DNA from: Candidatus Latescibacterota bacterium
GTDB taxonomy: Bacteria > Latescibacterota > UBA2968 > GCA-2709665
Length of the DNA stretch: 64,000 nt
NCBI GenBank assembly: GCA_965226795.1
Contig: CBDDDZ010000005.1
Span: 1,056,001-1,120,000 of the forward strand
Reading direction: 5' to 3'
The notes beneath the pieces are model-generated. The model ran no database searches. It saw only the letters and a list, made by a program, of their open reading frames with translations, and had not been told where the DNA came from. Below are positions 55,701 to 64,000 of this stretch, in pieces. Every line of letters starts with the position of its first letter. Position 1 is the stretch's first letter. Position numbers and translations under genes: made by a program.

Positions 55701-56783
55701 ATGTGCCCCGACGGCGCAGTTTTCCGTGTGGCGCTTACCGCCGATTTTTACGAGTCCGACGGAACGCGCAAATTCAAGGACATGGGCCTGTCGGTATTTG
55801 ACGACCAGGTCCATATTCGAACGTCGGTATTCGATGCACATCGCCCGGAGATCGGTGCCGATCAGGTAAAGGACGTACAGGGCGTGGTTGTACTCACGCC
55901 GGCGGTGACCGCCGAGACTGTGTCGGCATCGGAAGATCTGTTGGCCATCGGCCGGTTCGGTGTGGGGTACGACTCGGTCGACGTGGGGGCCTGTACGGAG
56001 GCTGACGTGGTCGTGCTCATCATGGCAGGCGCGGTCGACCGGTCGGTGGCTGAGGCAACCGTGGGTTGGATGATTGCCCTGACCCACCACATGCGAGCCA
56101 AGGATCGGCTGGTGCGGACTGGCGAGTGGGATGATCGAACCCGATATATGGGACGTGAGTTGAGAGACCGTACGTTCGGGGCTGTGGGGCTGGGCGGAAT
56201 CGCACGGGAGACGGTACGGTTGCTGGGTACGTTCGGAATGAATCCACCCCTGGCATTCGACCCTTACATCGATCCCCGCGAGGCTCGGAAGCTGGGGGTG
56301 TCACTTGTGTCGCTCGAGGAGTTGATGGCGGCTTCCGATTTTGTATCCATCCACTGTCCGTTGACCGCGGAGACGGAAGGCCTGATCGGCGTGCGGGAAC
56401 TGTCCCTGATGAAGCAGGATGCCTATCTCGTCAATACGGCGAGGGGTGGCATTGTGGATGAGGATGCGCTGTTCAGGTCCCTGGAAGCCGGTGCGATATC
56501 CGGTGCGGCGCTGGACTGTTTTGCGGTGGAACCAATTGTGGAACCTCAACGTTTTGGTAAATTCGAAAACGTCATGCTTGCGCCACATTCGGTCGCCTGG
56601 ACGGATGAATTGTTTCGTGACATCGGACGTGCGGTCTGCCAGAGTATGGTGGATCTGTCACTCGGTATGCGCCCCCGGGGTGTGGTGAATCCGGAAGTAT
56701 TCCACCGCGGTGGCTTTCAGGAGAAGTGGTCACGGCTGCGACGGGAACGAGAACCCCGCACGTTCGGGAATGACACCGCTTGA
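55701..56783 (+). CDS. D-2-hydroxyacid dehydrogenase family protein
   Basis: GVGYD, GLGGIA, HCPLT, NTARGG, EP, APH. Confidence 0.92.
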   Translation: MCPDGAVFRVALTADFYESDGTRKFKDMGLSVFDDQVHIRTSVFDAHRPEIGADQVKDVQGVVVLTPAVTAETVSASEDLLAIGRFGVGYDSVDVGACTEADVVVLIMAGAVDRSVAEATVGWMIALTHHMRAKDRLVRTGEWDDRTRYMGRELRDRTFGAVGLGGIARETVRLLGTFGMNPPLAFDPYIDPREARKLGVSLVSLEELMAASDFVSIHCPLTAETEGLIGVRELSLMKQDAYLVNTARGGIVDEDALFRSLEAGAISGAALDCFAVEPIVEPQRFGKFENVMLAPHSVAWTDELFRDIGRAVCQSMVDLSLGMRPRGVVNPEVFHRGGFQEKWSRLRREREPRTFGNDTA

Positions 56784-56827
56784 AGACGGGTCATTCGTAA
56801 CTCACACACGCGAAGAAGGGGGGGGCT

Positions 56828-58303
56828 GTGTCTGACACTATCAGAATTCATCCGGAAAACAGAAAGGTCTTTGACTATCGCGGGCGCGCCCTGGTTTTGC
56901 TATGTGCGACCGAACACTACGGGGCGGTGACAAACAGGCCGTTTCGGTTCGAACGGTATCTGGCGGACGCCGACGAAAGGGGGCAGACCCTCACACGGTT
57001 GTTTACGCTGTTCAGAGAGTTGCAGACGCCCGTAAATCCGTATTCAACGTGCAAGCCCGAATCACCGGACTATATTGCGCCGTTTGAACGAACCGGCCCC
57101 GGCAATGCGCTGGACGGACAGCCGAGGTACGATCTGACCCGATGGGATAATGAGTTTTTCGAGCGTTTACACGCATTTCTGTCTCTTGCGGAGACGTACG
57201 GGATTGTCGTGGAGGTGGTACTCTTCAGCAACACGTACAAGGATGAGGTCTGGGCGCTCAATCCGCTGAATCCCGCCAACAATATTACAATGGATCCACC
57301 GGACCCGCCAGTACCCTGGCAGGAGTATATGACCTGCCGGAGGAAGGACCTGTTGGGCTGGCAGCGCGCGCACGTGCGGCGCATTGTAGAAGAGACCAAC
57401 CGGTACGGGAACGTGATCTACGAGATCTGCAACGAACCGTGTCATTTTCCCGGCTCGGACGGTTTGCCCGGATCGGAGGAGGTGAATGGATGGCAGGCAC
57501 AATTCATCGCACAGATCCGCGAACTGGAAAGTGAGATGCCGAATCGGCACCTGATTGCCGGCCAGGAGGCGATGACGATCAGGCCGTTCGATCAGCCCTC
57601 CGACGGATCGTTCGAGGCGATGGACTTCGACGTCGTGAATATTCACCCGTTGCCGAATACCCTGTGCGATGGTCGGAGTTACGATCTCGGCGACTTCATG
57701 TCCAAGCAGCTCAAGTTGCGGCCGCTGCGTGATTTTACCCTCGCGACCTATGGACGGCCGAAGCCACTCAATCACGATGAGGATAACATCGCGACGCAAT
57801 ACAAGGAAATTGAAGGATGGACGGTGCATCGCAAGCGGGCCTGGACCGCGCTTTTTTCAGGGGCGCATTACGATATGATAGACTTTTCCATCCTGCCGTA
57901 CCTTGAGGCGGGAACACCCCACTCCCGAAACGGGATTCGGAGGTGGATGGGCCATCTGTCCCGCTTTATCCATTCGATCGATCTTGCCAGGGCGCGTCCC
58001 GTCATGCCGGATTGGATTCAGGAGCGGCCGGATCATACCGTGGAATCGGTGTTCGCGGTTGCAGGCGAGGACTATTGCATCTATCTCGCCGACGGCCGCG
58101 AACGGGAAGAAGCCGGATGCGGCGAACCGATCGAGGGAAAGCTTTGTTTTGACCTGCCGACGGGAGCGTTCGAGGTGTCCTGTTTTTCGCCGGCGGACGG
58201 CGTTTATTCTCCCCGTATCCCACTCGGCGGCGGCGAATTGCGCCAGGTGACTTTGCCGCCATTCCGGCACGACATTGTGATTCGTGTCAGAAAAGCGGAA
58301 TAA
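56828..58303 (+). CDS. Clan GH-A (GH5-like) putative glycoside hydrolase, cytoplasmic
   Basis: YEICNEP acid/base motif, PLNHDE candidate nucleophile, C-terminal beta domain. Confidence 0.65.
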   Translation: MSDTIRIHPENRKVFDYRGRALVLLCATEHYGAVTNRPFRFERYLADADERGQTLTRLFTLFRELQTPVNPYSTCKPESPDYIAPFERTGPGNALDGQPRYDLTRWDNEFFERLHAFLSLAETYGIVVEVVLFSNTYKDEVWALNPLNPANNITMDPPDPPVPWQEYMTCRRKDLLGWQRAHVRRIVEETNRYGNVIYEICNEPCHFPGSDGLPGSEEVNGWQAQFIAQIRELESEMPNRHLIAGQEAMTIRPFDQPSDGSFEAMDFDVVNIHPLPNTLCDGRSYDLGDFMSKQLKLRPLRDFTLATYGRPKPLNHDEDNIATQYKEIEGWTVHRKRAWTALFSGAHYDMIDFSILPYLEAGTPHSRNGIRRWMGHLSRFIHSIDLARARPVMPDWIQERPDHTVESVFAVAGEDYCIYLADGREREEAGCGEPIEGKLCFDLPTGAFEVSCFSPADGVYSPRIPLGGGELRQVTLPPFRHDIVIRVRKAE

Positions 58304-58306
58304 GGC

Positions 58307-59116
58307 ATGGGACGACTGGCGGGACAGGTCGCCTGGGTGAGCGGCGGCGCTTCCGGAATGGGAAAGGCCGCGGCCGAACTCTTCGCCGCTGAAGGCGCCC
58401 GGGTCGCCGTTGTCGACGTTCAGGTGGAACGCGGCCGCCAAGTGGCGGATCGCATTGCGGAACAGGGTGGAGAGGCGATTTTTCTGGCGTGCGACGTGGC
58501 GGAGGGAGAACAGGTACGGGACTCGATCGAAGCGACCACGGCGCGTTTCGGAGAATTGCAGACCATTGTCAATTGTGCCGGCATCGTGCACATTGCGTGC
58601 CTGCACGAGTATTCCGAGAAGGATTGGGATCGGTTGATGGGGATCAATCTCAAGTCAATTTTCTTTTCCCTAAAGTACGGTATCCCCTACTTCAGGCAGC
58701 ACACGCGCAGTTATATGGTGAATATAGGATCGGTCGGCAGCTTTATCGGTCAGGCGGAAACGCCCGCCTATACAACGTCCAAGCACGCGGTGCTGGGATT
58801 GAGCCGGTCGATTGCGCTGGATTATGCCGTTGACGGGCTGCGCTGCAACTGTATCTGTCCGGGTATTACGGATACACCCATGTTACGGTACCATCTGAAT
58901 ACGACACCGGATCCGGAGGCCACGCTGGCACAGCGCCTGCAACGCGTCCCGACAGGAGCCGTTATCAGACCCGCCGATGTTGCACGGGCAGCGCTTTACT
59001 TCTGCTCCGAGGCGTCCGCGGGGATTACCGGCACGTCCCTGGTGATCGACGGCGGATATATCGCCGCGGCGGAGTGGGAGACGCCGGGTCCAACACGATT
59101 CACGGAGGAGCCGTGA
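58307..59116 (+). CDS. Short-chain dehydrogenase/reductase
   Basis: GGASGMG, NCAG, YTTSK, ICPG, DGG. Confidence 0.95.
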   Translation: MGRLAGQVAWVSGGASGMGKAAAELFAAEGARVAVVDVQVERGRQVADRIAEQGGEAIFLACDVAEGEQVRDSIEATTARFGELQTIVNCAGIVHIACLHEYSEKDWDRLMGINLKSIFFSLKYGIPYFRQHTRSYMVNIGSVGSFIGQAETPAYTTSKHAVLGLSRSIALDYAVDGLRCNCICPGITDTPMLRYHLNTTPDPEATLAQRLQRVPTGAVIRPADVARAALYFCSEASAGITGTSLVIDGGYIAAAEWETPGPTRFTEEP

Positions 59117-59949
59117 ACGCGAGACTGGCATGCTCGGATTTTACCTTTCCTCTGCTTCCGCACGACGGGGCGCTTCAGCTGGTCTCCATGCTGGGTTTCG
59201 AGGGCGTGGACATCGGACTCTTCGAGGAGCGCTCTCATCTGTGGCCTTCGCGTGAGTTTCAAGACGTGCCGCGCTCCGCGCGCCGGCTCCGAAGGAAATT
59301 GGATGACCTGGGACTGGAGCCGGCCGATGTTTTTTTACAAATGGCCATGGATTTCGTGCCCTATGCAGTCAACCACCCGCAGCGCGCGCGGCGTCTGAAA
59401 GCGCGGGACTGGTACCTTAAGGCGCTGGAGTACGCCGCCGAATGCGGGTGCCTGCACGTAACGACATTGCCGGGTGTGTATAATCAGGGCGAGTCACGCG
59501 CCGACTCGTTCAGCCGGGCCGTCGATGAATTGAACTGGCGTGTGGCGCAAGCGAAGGCGCACGGCATTGTATTTGGCGTTGAGGCACACGTCGGATCACT
59601 GGCCGCCCGGCCGAAATCGACGGAACGACTGGTACAGGCCGTTCCCGGCCTGACGCTGACGCTGGATTATACGCACTTCACGAAAATCGGGCTGCCGGAT
59701 TCGGATGTGGAGCCCCTCATGAAATACGCCAGTCACTTCCACGCGCGCGGCGCGCGGCGGGGCCGGATACAGACGTCTTTCGATCGCAACGTCATTGACT
59801 ACAGGCGTGTTGTTGAAGCGATGAGGGCGACCGGATATCGAGGATGGCTGGGCGTCGAATACGTATGGATCGACTGGGAACACTGCAACGAATGCGATAA
59901 CGTATCCGAGACGGTAAAGTTCCGTGATTTTTTTAGATCGATGGATTGA
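59113..59949 (+). CDS. Sugar phosphate isomerase/epimerase (xylose isomerase-like TIM barrel)
   Basis: GFEGVD, VEAH, LDYTH, HFHAR, GYRGWLGVEY. Confidence 0.85.
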   Translation: MNARLACSDFTFPLLPHDGALQLVSMLGFEGVDIGLFEERSHLWPSREFQDVPRSARRLRRKLDDLGLEPADVFLQMAMDFVPYAVNHPQRARRLKARDWYLKALEYAAECGCLHVTTLPGVYNQGESRADSFSRAVDELNWRVAQAKAHGIVFGVEAHVGSLAARPKSTERLVQAVPGLTLTLDYTHFTKIGLPDSDVEPLMKYASHFHARGARRGRIQTSFDRNVIDYRRVVEAMRATGYRGWLGVEYVWIDWEHCNECDNVSETVKFRDFFRSMD

Positions 59950-60023
59950 GAGTACCAAGGAAATCGTCGGCCATACGTGCGTGCTTCGATACTTCGGAGG
60001 CGCGCGCGCTGGGTTTTGCCCTA

Positions 60024-60052
60024 TTGACAAGCCTCGGAAACAGGAGTATATT
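60024..60052 (+). promoter_or_regulatory. ssb promoter
   Basis: TTGACA-17 bp-TATATT. Confidence 0.75.
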
Positions 60053-60130
60053 CGATTGAACGCACTTACGGAAAGGTTAGTGCCATAGTCCATATCGGAT
60101 TGTTTTTATTTTATTTAAAGGAGATAAATC

Positions 60131-60625
60131 ATGGCACGTAGAGGTGTGAACAAAGTGATTCTGATTGGCAATATCGGTGCGGATCCGGAGTTGCGATATA
60201 CACCTACCGGAACCGCTGTCACGAACTTCAATATGGCGACTAACGAGAATTGGACGGACAGTTCCGGCGAACGCCAGGAGCGGACCGAATGGCACCGGAT
60301 TGTCGTTTGGGGCCGGCTGGCTGAAATCTGCAATCAGTATCTGCGAAAGGGCAGCAAGGTCTACGTCGAGGGGCGCTTGCAAACCAGCAGCTGGGAAGGG
60401 AAGGATGGACAGAAGCGATATACCACCGAGGTCGTTGCCAGGGATATGCAGATGCTGGACTCCCGGGAGGATATCGATGCGGGCGGGGGATTTTCCCGCG
60501 GTCCGGGTGGACCGACCGACGGAACGCAAGACGTCCAACCGGGGTCCGGCGAAGCTGGGGGCGGCACGGATTCGGGCGGGTCGGGCCCGCCGCCGTACAG
60601 TGCGGACGACGACCTGCCGTTCTGA
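60131..60625 (+). CDS. ssb: Single-stranded DNA-binding protein
   Basis: [17 protein letters not shown]-terminal DDLPF. Confidence 0.98.
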   Translation: MARRGVNKVILIGNIGADPELRYTPTGTAVTNFNMATNENWTDSSGERQERTEWHRIVVWGRLAEICNQYLRKGSKVYVEGRLQTSSWEGKDGQKRYTTEVVARDMQMLDSREDIDAGGGFSRGPGGPTDGTQDVQPGSGEAGGGTDSGGSGPPPYSADDDLPF

Positions 60626-60809
60626 ACACGGTGGTCGCCGTCATCGAGAAATAGTACGGGATATCCCGAGATCAGAGGGCTGCGATTTCTTGTTGCAGCC
60701 CCATGATATGTACGTAAATTGAGTGCGCTCCCGCGCCCGGGACGAGTTTCGCGTCCCCCCGGCGAGCGGACATCCGCTGGTCTTTTGTGGTTAAACAACG
60801 GGTGTGGGC

Positions 60810-61415
60810 ATGTTGAAGTTAATTACGTTTTTTTCCGGCGCGGCGCTCATGGGGTTGGAAATTGCGGGAAGCCGGGTGCTTGCGCCGTATTTCGGCAGTT
60901 CGGTTTTTGTCTGGGGCAGCCTGATCGCGGTTGTGCTGGCCGCGTTGAGTATCGGTGCGTATTCCGGAGGTAGGCTGGCTGACCGGATGCCGACGGGGCC
61001 GCCACTGGCTGGGTTGCTGGGTCTGGCAGGGCTGGTGGCGTTGGTTTTGCCCTGGGTGGCGGCGGCGGTGAATCGGGCCGTTTTTGTGATGAATCTGGGT
61101 CCCCGTGGCGGCCCGTTGCTGGCTTCGGTCGTGCTTTTCGCGATACCGGGAGTTGCGCTGGGGGCGATTACGCCGTTTGTTGTCCGGATGCTGGCGGATC
61201 GCGTGGACAGGGTCGGCGGCGTTGCGGGGACGGTGTCCGCATTGTCTGCGGCGGGCAGCATTGTGGGGACCCTGGGCACTGCGTTCTACCTGATTCCCGT
61301 AATGGGGGTGCGGAATATACTGCACCTGATCGGAGTGGTGCTTCTGGTGTTGGCGGCGGTGGCTCTGTGGGGAACGGATAGGGCCGCGCCGGAACATGCG
61401 GGAACACGCGCCTAG
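60810..61415 (+). CDS. Membrane half of a fused MFS/spermidine synthase-type protein
   Basis: GLEIAGSRVLAPYFGSSVFVW, GGRLAD, GSIVGT. Confidence 0.85.
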   Translation: MLKLITFFSGAALMGLEIAGSRVLAPYFGSSVFVWGSLIAVVLAALSIGAYSGGRLADRMPTGPPLAGLLGLAGLVALVLPWVAAAVNRAVFVMNLGPRGGPLLASVVLFAIPGVALGAITPFVVRMLADRVDRVGGVAGTVSALSAAGSIVGTLGTAFYLIPVMGVRNILHLIGVVLLVLAAVALWGTDRAAPEHAGTRA

Positions 61416-61446
61416 ACCGCACGGCCGGGACGAGGCTAGGAAAAGG

Positions 61447-62475
61447 ATGAAAAGCGATTGCGCGACGTGGAAACCTGTGCCGGATCGAGGCGGGCGAGGA
61501 TGCGTTTATTCGAAGACAACGTCCAATCTGACTCTGAACAGTCTCAGTTTCAATCAGTTTCCCTCCAACATACGATTTTTTGCGATTCTGTTATTTCTGC
61601 ATTCTGCATGTGCCGTCCGGCCCGGGATACCGGAGCGAGAACGCGTGGTTTATGTTCATGACTCACTGTACAATCATATAGTCGTTTCGGAAGACGACGA
61701 AGCCCGGTACCTCAGGTTCGGCTACGGCGCAAAGCAGAGCGTCATCTCGCGCGGAAATTCCACGGCGCTGCGCGTACCCTACACAGCATATCTTGCGCTG
61801 GGGATGGCCTTCACCAGACCGGAGCGTATGCTGATTATCGGTCTGGCGGGGGGATCGGTTGCCAGATTCGTACGGACTTTTCGTCCGGCTGTCATTGTGG
61901 ATGTGGTGGAACTCGACCCGGAAGTGGTGCGCGTTGCCACACGGTTTTTCGGGGTCGAAGCGGACGCCGGTTGCAGAATTCACGTGGACGACGGCCGGAT
62001 GTTTGTGAAACGAGCGACGGAACGGTACGACTGGGTCGTTCTGGACGCGTTTCATGCGGACTCTATGCCGCACCATCTTGCAACGGCGGAATTCTTCAGG
62101 GAGGTAAAGGGAATTCTGACACCGGGCGGCGTTGTGACCGTGAACGTGGCGCCTCTCGGTCCGGGTGTATTGTATCTCTCGATAATTCGAACGTTAGCCG
62201 AGGTATTTCCACAGGTGTACCTGTTTCAGGTTCCAGAGCGGAGCAATGTCGTGGCCGTCGCCACGCCCGATGGAACCCGGCGTACGGGAAGCGAGATCGC
62301 ACGTGCCATAGGTGAGTTGAAGGTGGAAATTGGCGACGCGCTGAAATTGCTGATCGCGACGGCCCCATATGGAGAGCGTAAGCCGGTGGTTCGGGGTGTT
62401 CCGGTGCTGACGGACGACTATGCGCCGGTGGACTGGCTGCGATTCTGGCGGGCTACGGCAGCGAGCATCAGGTAG
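61447..62475 (+). CDS. Spermidine synthase-like SAM-dependent transferase half (start uncertain)
   Basis: DSLYNHIVV, IIGLAGG, VELDPEV, DGR, LDAF, LTDDYAPV. Confidence 0.85.
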   Translation: MKSDCATWKPVPDRGGRGCVYSKTTSNLTLNSLSFNQFPSNIRFFAILLFLHSACAVRPGIPERERVVYVHDSLYNHIVVSEDDEARYLRFGYGAKQSVISRGNSTALRVPYTAYLALGMAFTRPERMLIIGLAGGSVARFVRTFRPAVIVDVVELDPEVVRVATRFFGVEADAGCRIHVDDGRMFVKRATERYDWVVLDAFHADSMPHHLATAEFFREVKGILTPGGVVTVNVAPLGPGVLYLSIIRTLAEVFPQVYLFQVPERSNVVAVATPDGTRRTGSEIARAIGELKVEIGDALKLLIATAPYGERKPVVRGVPVLTDDYAPVDWLRFWRATAASIR

Positions 62476-62536
62476 ACGTGGCATCGGGCGGTGGCGCGGC
62501 TTGCGGCTCGATGTCTTAATCAGAAGGAGACATGCG

Positions 62537-64000
62537 ATGGCCGAGGTATGGAATCCGGAACCGGAGTTTCTGGAGTCGCTGGACGCGGCTGTACCGGGAA
62601 TTCTGGCATCTCAGAAGGAAAACGGACAGTTCGGTACGGAACCGTGGGTCTGCGGCGACCAGAACGTCATTTTTTCTCTGGCAGCGGCCTGGCACCTGAA
62701 GGAGAGCGAATATCACCGGAACGACACGGTATTGCAGGCGATCGTTCGGGGTGGGGACGCGCTGATTCACGCGCAGGATGAGGAAGGAAAGTGGACGTTC
62801 CTGAAAAAGGACTATTCGGAGTGGGGCCAGATTTTTATGCCCTGGACCTACAGTCGCTGGATTCGTGCGTACCAGATAGTGCGGGAATCGATGGACGCCG
62901 ACGCGCGGGCCCGGTGGGACGAGGCGCTACGGATGGGGTTCGATGGAATTTCGAGGACGTGTCTGGCACATGTTCACAATATACCCGCACACCATTCGAT
63001 GGGCTTGTTCTGTGCCGGTACGGTGTTCGGCCGGGAGGACTGGCGAAACCAGTCGCGAGCGTTCATGGCGAAAGTGGCTGACGCGCAGTCGACACAGGGC
63101 TGGTGGCCGGAGCACAATGGACCGGTTGTGGCTTACAACTTCGTCTATTCGGATTCGCTGGGGATCTACTACGGGATGTCGGGCGACGCGAAGGTGTTGC
63201 CTGCTCTTGAACGTGCGGCTGCTTACCATGCGAGTCTGACCTATCCGGATGGGAGTACCGTGGAGACCGTGGATGGCCGCAACCCCTATCACGGCGGCGT
63301 ACATCTGGGCAATCCGGGGTTCAGCCATACGGCTGCCGGAAGAGGGTATCTGGCGCAGCAGCACCGGCTGTTACTGGCTGAAGGCAAACGGTTTGACCCG
63401 GACTATGCGGCGAGTTTGCTGCTATACGGCGGTCACGGAGAGGCAGAGGAAACCGCTGCGGGGCAGAAACGGCACGTCTTCCGCATGGGCGACGAGGCGA
63501 CTGCAGTGAGGAACGGCCCTTGGTTTTTCTGTTTGTCTGCCTTTGTGGTGGACTTCCCCCAGAATCGATGGGGACAGGATCGGCAGAATTTCGTAAGCGT
63601 GTTTCACGACCGTGTTGGGCTGGTTGTGGGCGGCGGAAACACAAAGCTGCAGCCTCTGTGGAGTTGCTTCACGGTGGGAGACAAGCGTCTTCTGTCGCAC
63701 ACGCCCGGAGACGAAGATCCGGATTTCGATGTGCCCGATGGATTGATCCACGTACCGGACGAGCTTTCGTACGTCTCCGGCGAAAATGGCGGCCGTCTGA
63801 CGATGCGCTACGGTGAGGAGACCTGCGGGCTGGCGGTCCACGTTGAGTCCGATACCGAACTGACGCTCGCGTACGAATCGACACGAAATTCCGGTATGCA
63901 CGTGGACGGACATGTGACATTGATGCCGCAACTGGACCGGCCGGTGGGTTTTGCGTCTGGAGAAACCGCAAATCTGGGTGAGGCGCCACAGGAGTGGTCC
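62537..64000 (+). CDS. Hypothetical (alpha/alpha)-toroid protein, lyase-like; 3' truncated
   Basis: AAGGAG SD then MAEVWNPEPEF…HNIPAHH…GWWPEHNGPVVAYN…YPDGS; the frame appears open to the window end and is absent from the ORF track because it has no stop. Confidence 0.75.
   Translation, partial: MAEVWNPEPEFLESLDAAVPGILASQKENGQFGTEPWVCGDQNVIFSLAAAWHLKESEYHRNDTVLQAIVRGGDALIHAQDEEGKWTFLKKDYSEWGQIFMPWTYSRWIRAYQIVRESMDADARARWDEALRMGFDGISRTCLAHVHNIPAHHSMGLFCAGTVFGREDWRNQSRAFMAKVADAQSTQGWWPEHNGPVVAYNFVYSDSLGIYYGMSGDAKVLPALERAAAYHASLTYPDGSTVETVDGRNPYHGGVHLGNPGFSHTAAGRGYLAQQHRLLLAEGKRFDPDYAASLLLYGGHGEAEETAAGQKRHVFRMGDEATAVRNGPWFFCLSAFVVDFPQNRWGQDRQNFVSVFHDRVGLVVGGGNTKLQPLWSCFTVGDKRLLSHTPGDEDPDFDVPDGLIHVPDELSYVSGENGGRLTMRYGEETCGLAVHVESDTELTLAYESTRNSGMHVDGHVTLMPQLDRPVGFASGETANLGEAPQEWS

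Overview
A ~60% GC bacterial chromosome segment. It is mostly core genome: a complete rrn operon (16S, tRNA-Ile, tRNA-Ala, 23S, 5S), an EF-G2 paralog, yebC-ruvCAB-tsaB-rimI-holB, metG-tatD-rsmA, ilvE-proC-hisHF-proB, ftsB-like-recO-valS-PBP1A, secDF, rho-rpmE-prfA-prmC, HU and ssb. Cytoplasmic glycan and sugar-acid catabolism genes are interspersed (heparinase II/III-like proteins, a GH-A-like protein, an aldolase, an SDR, an isomerase, an Nramp-fold transporter). The 16S signatures and gene content suggest a deep FCB-related lineage such as Latescibacterota/PAUC34f; this is inference, as no database search was run. Four signals stand out. (1) An apparently complete sigma54-to-sigma70 cascade locus: cytoplasmic PAS kinase, NtrC-type activator, tandem UAS, a -24/-12 promoter, then EIIA(Ntr)-like and alternative sigma70 genes. 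(2) Paired substitutions in the normally near-invariant 23S A-loop (H92) and in H71, which contacts it. (3) A gene-less element of nested, inverted 7-bp tandem repeats between holB and metG. (4) A lipoprotein alpha/beta-hydrolase whose catalytic Ser and His are both replaced. No CRISPR array, transposase, integrase or prophage was seen.
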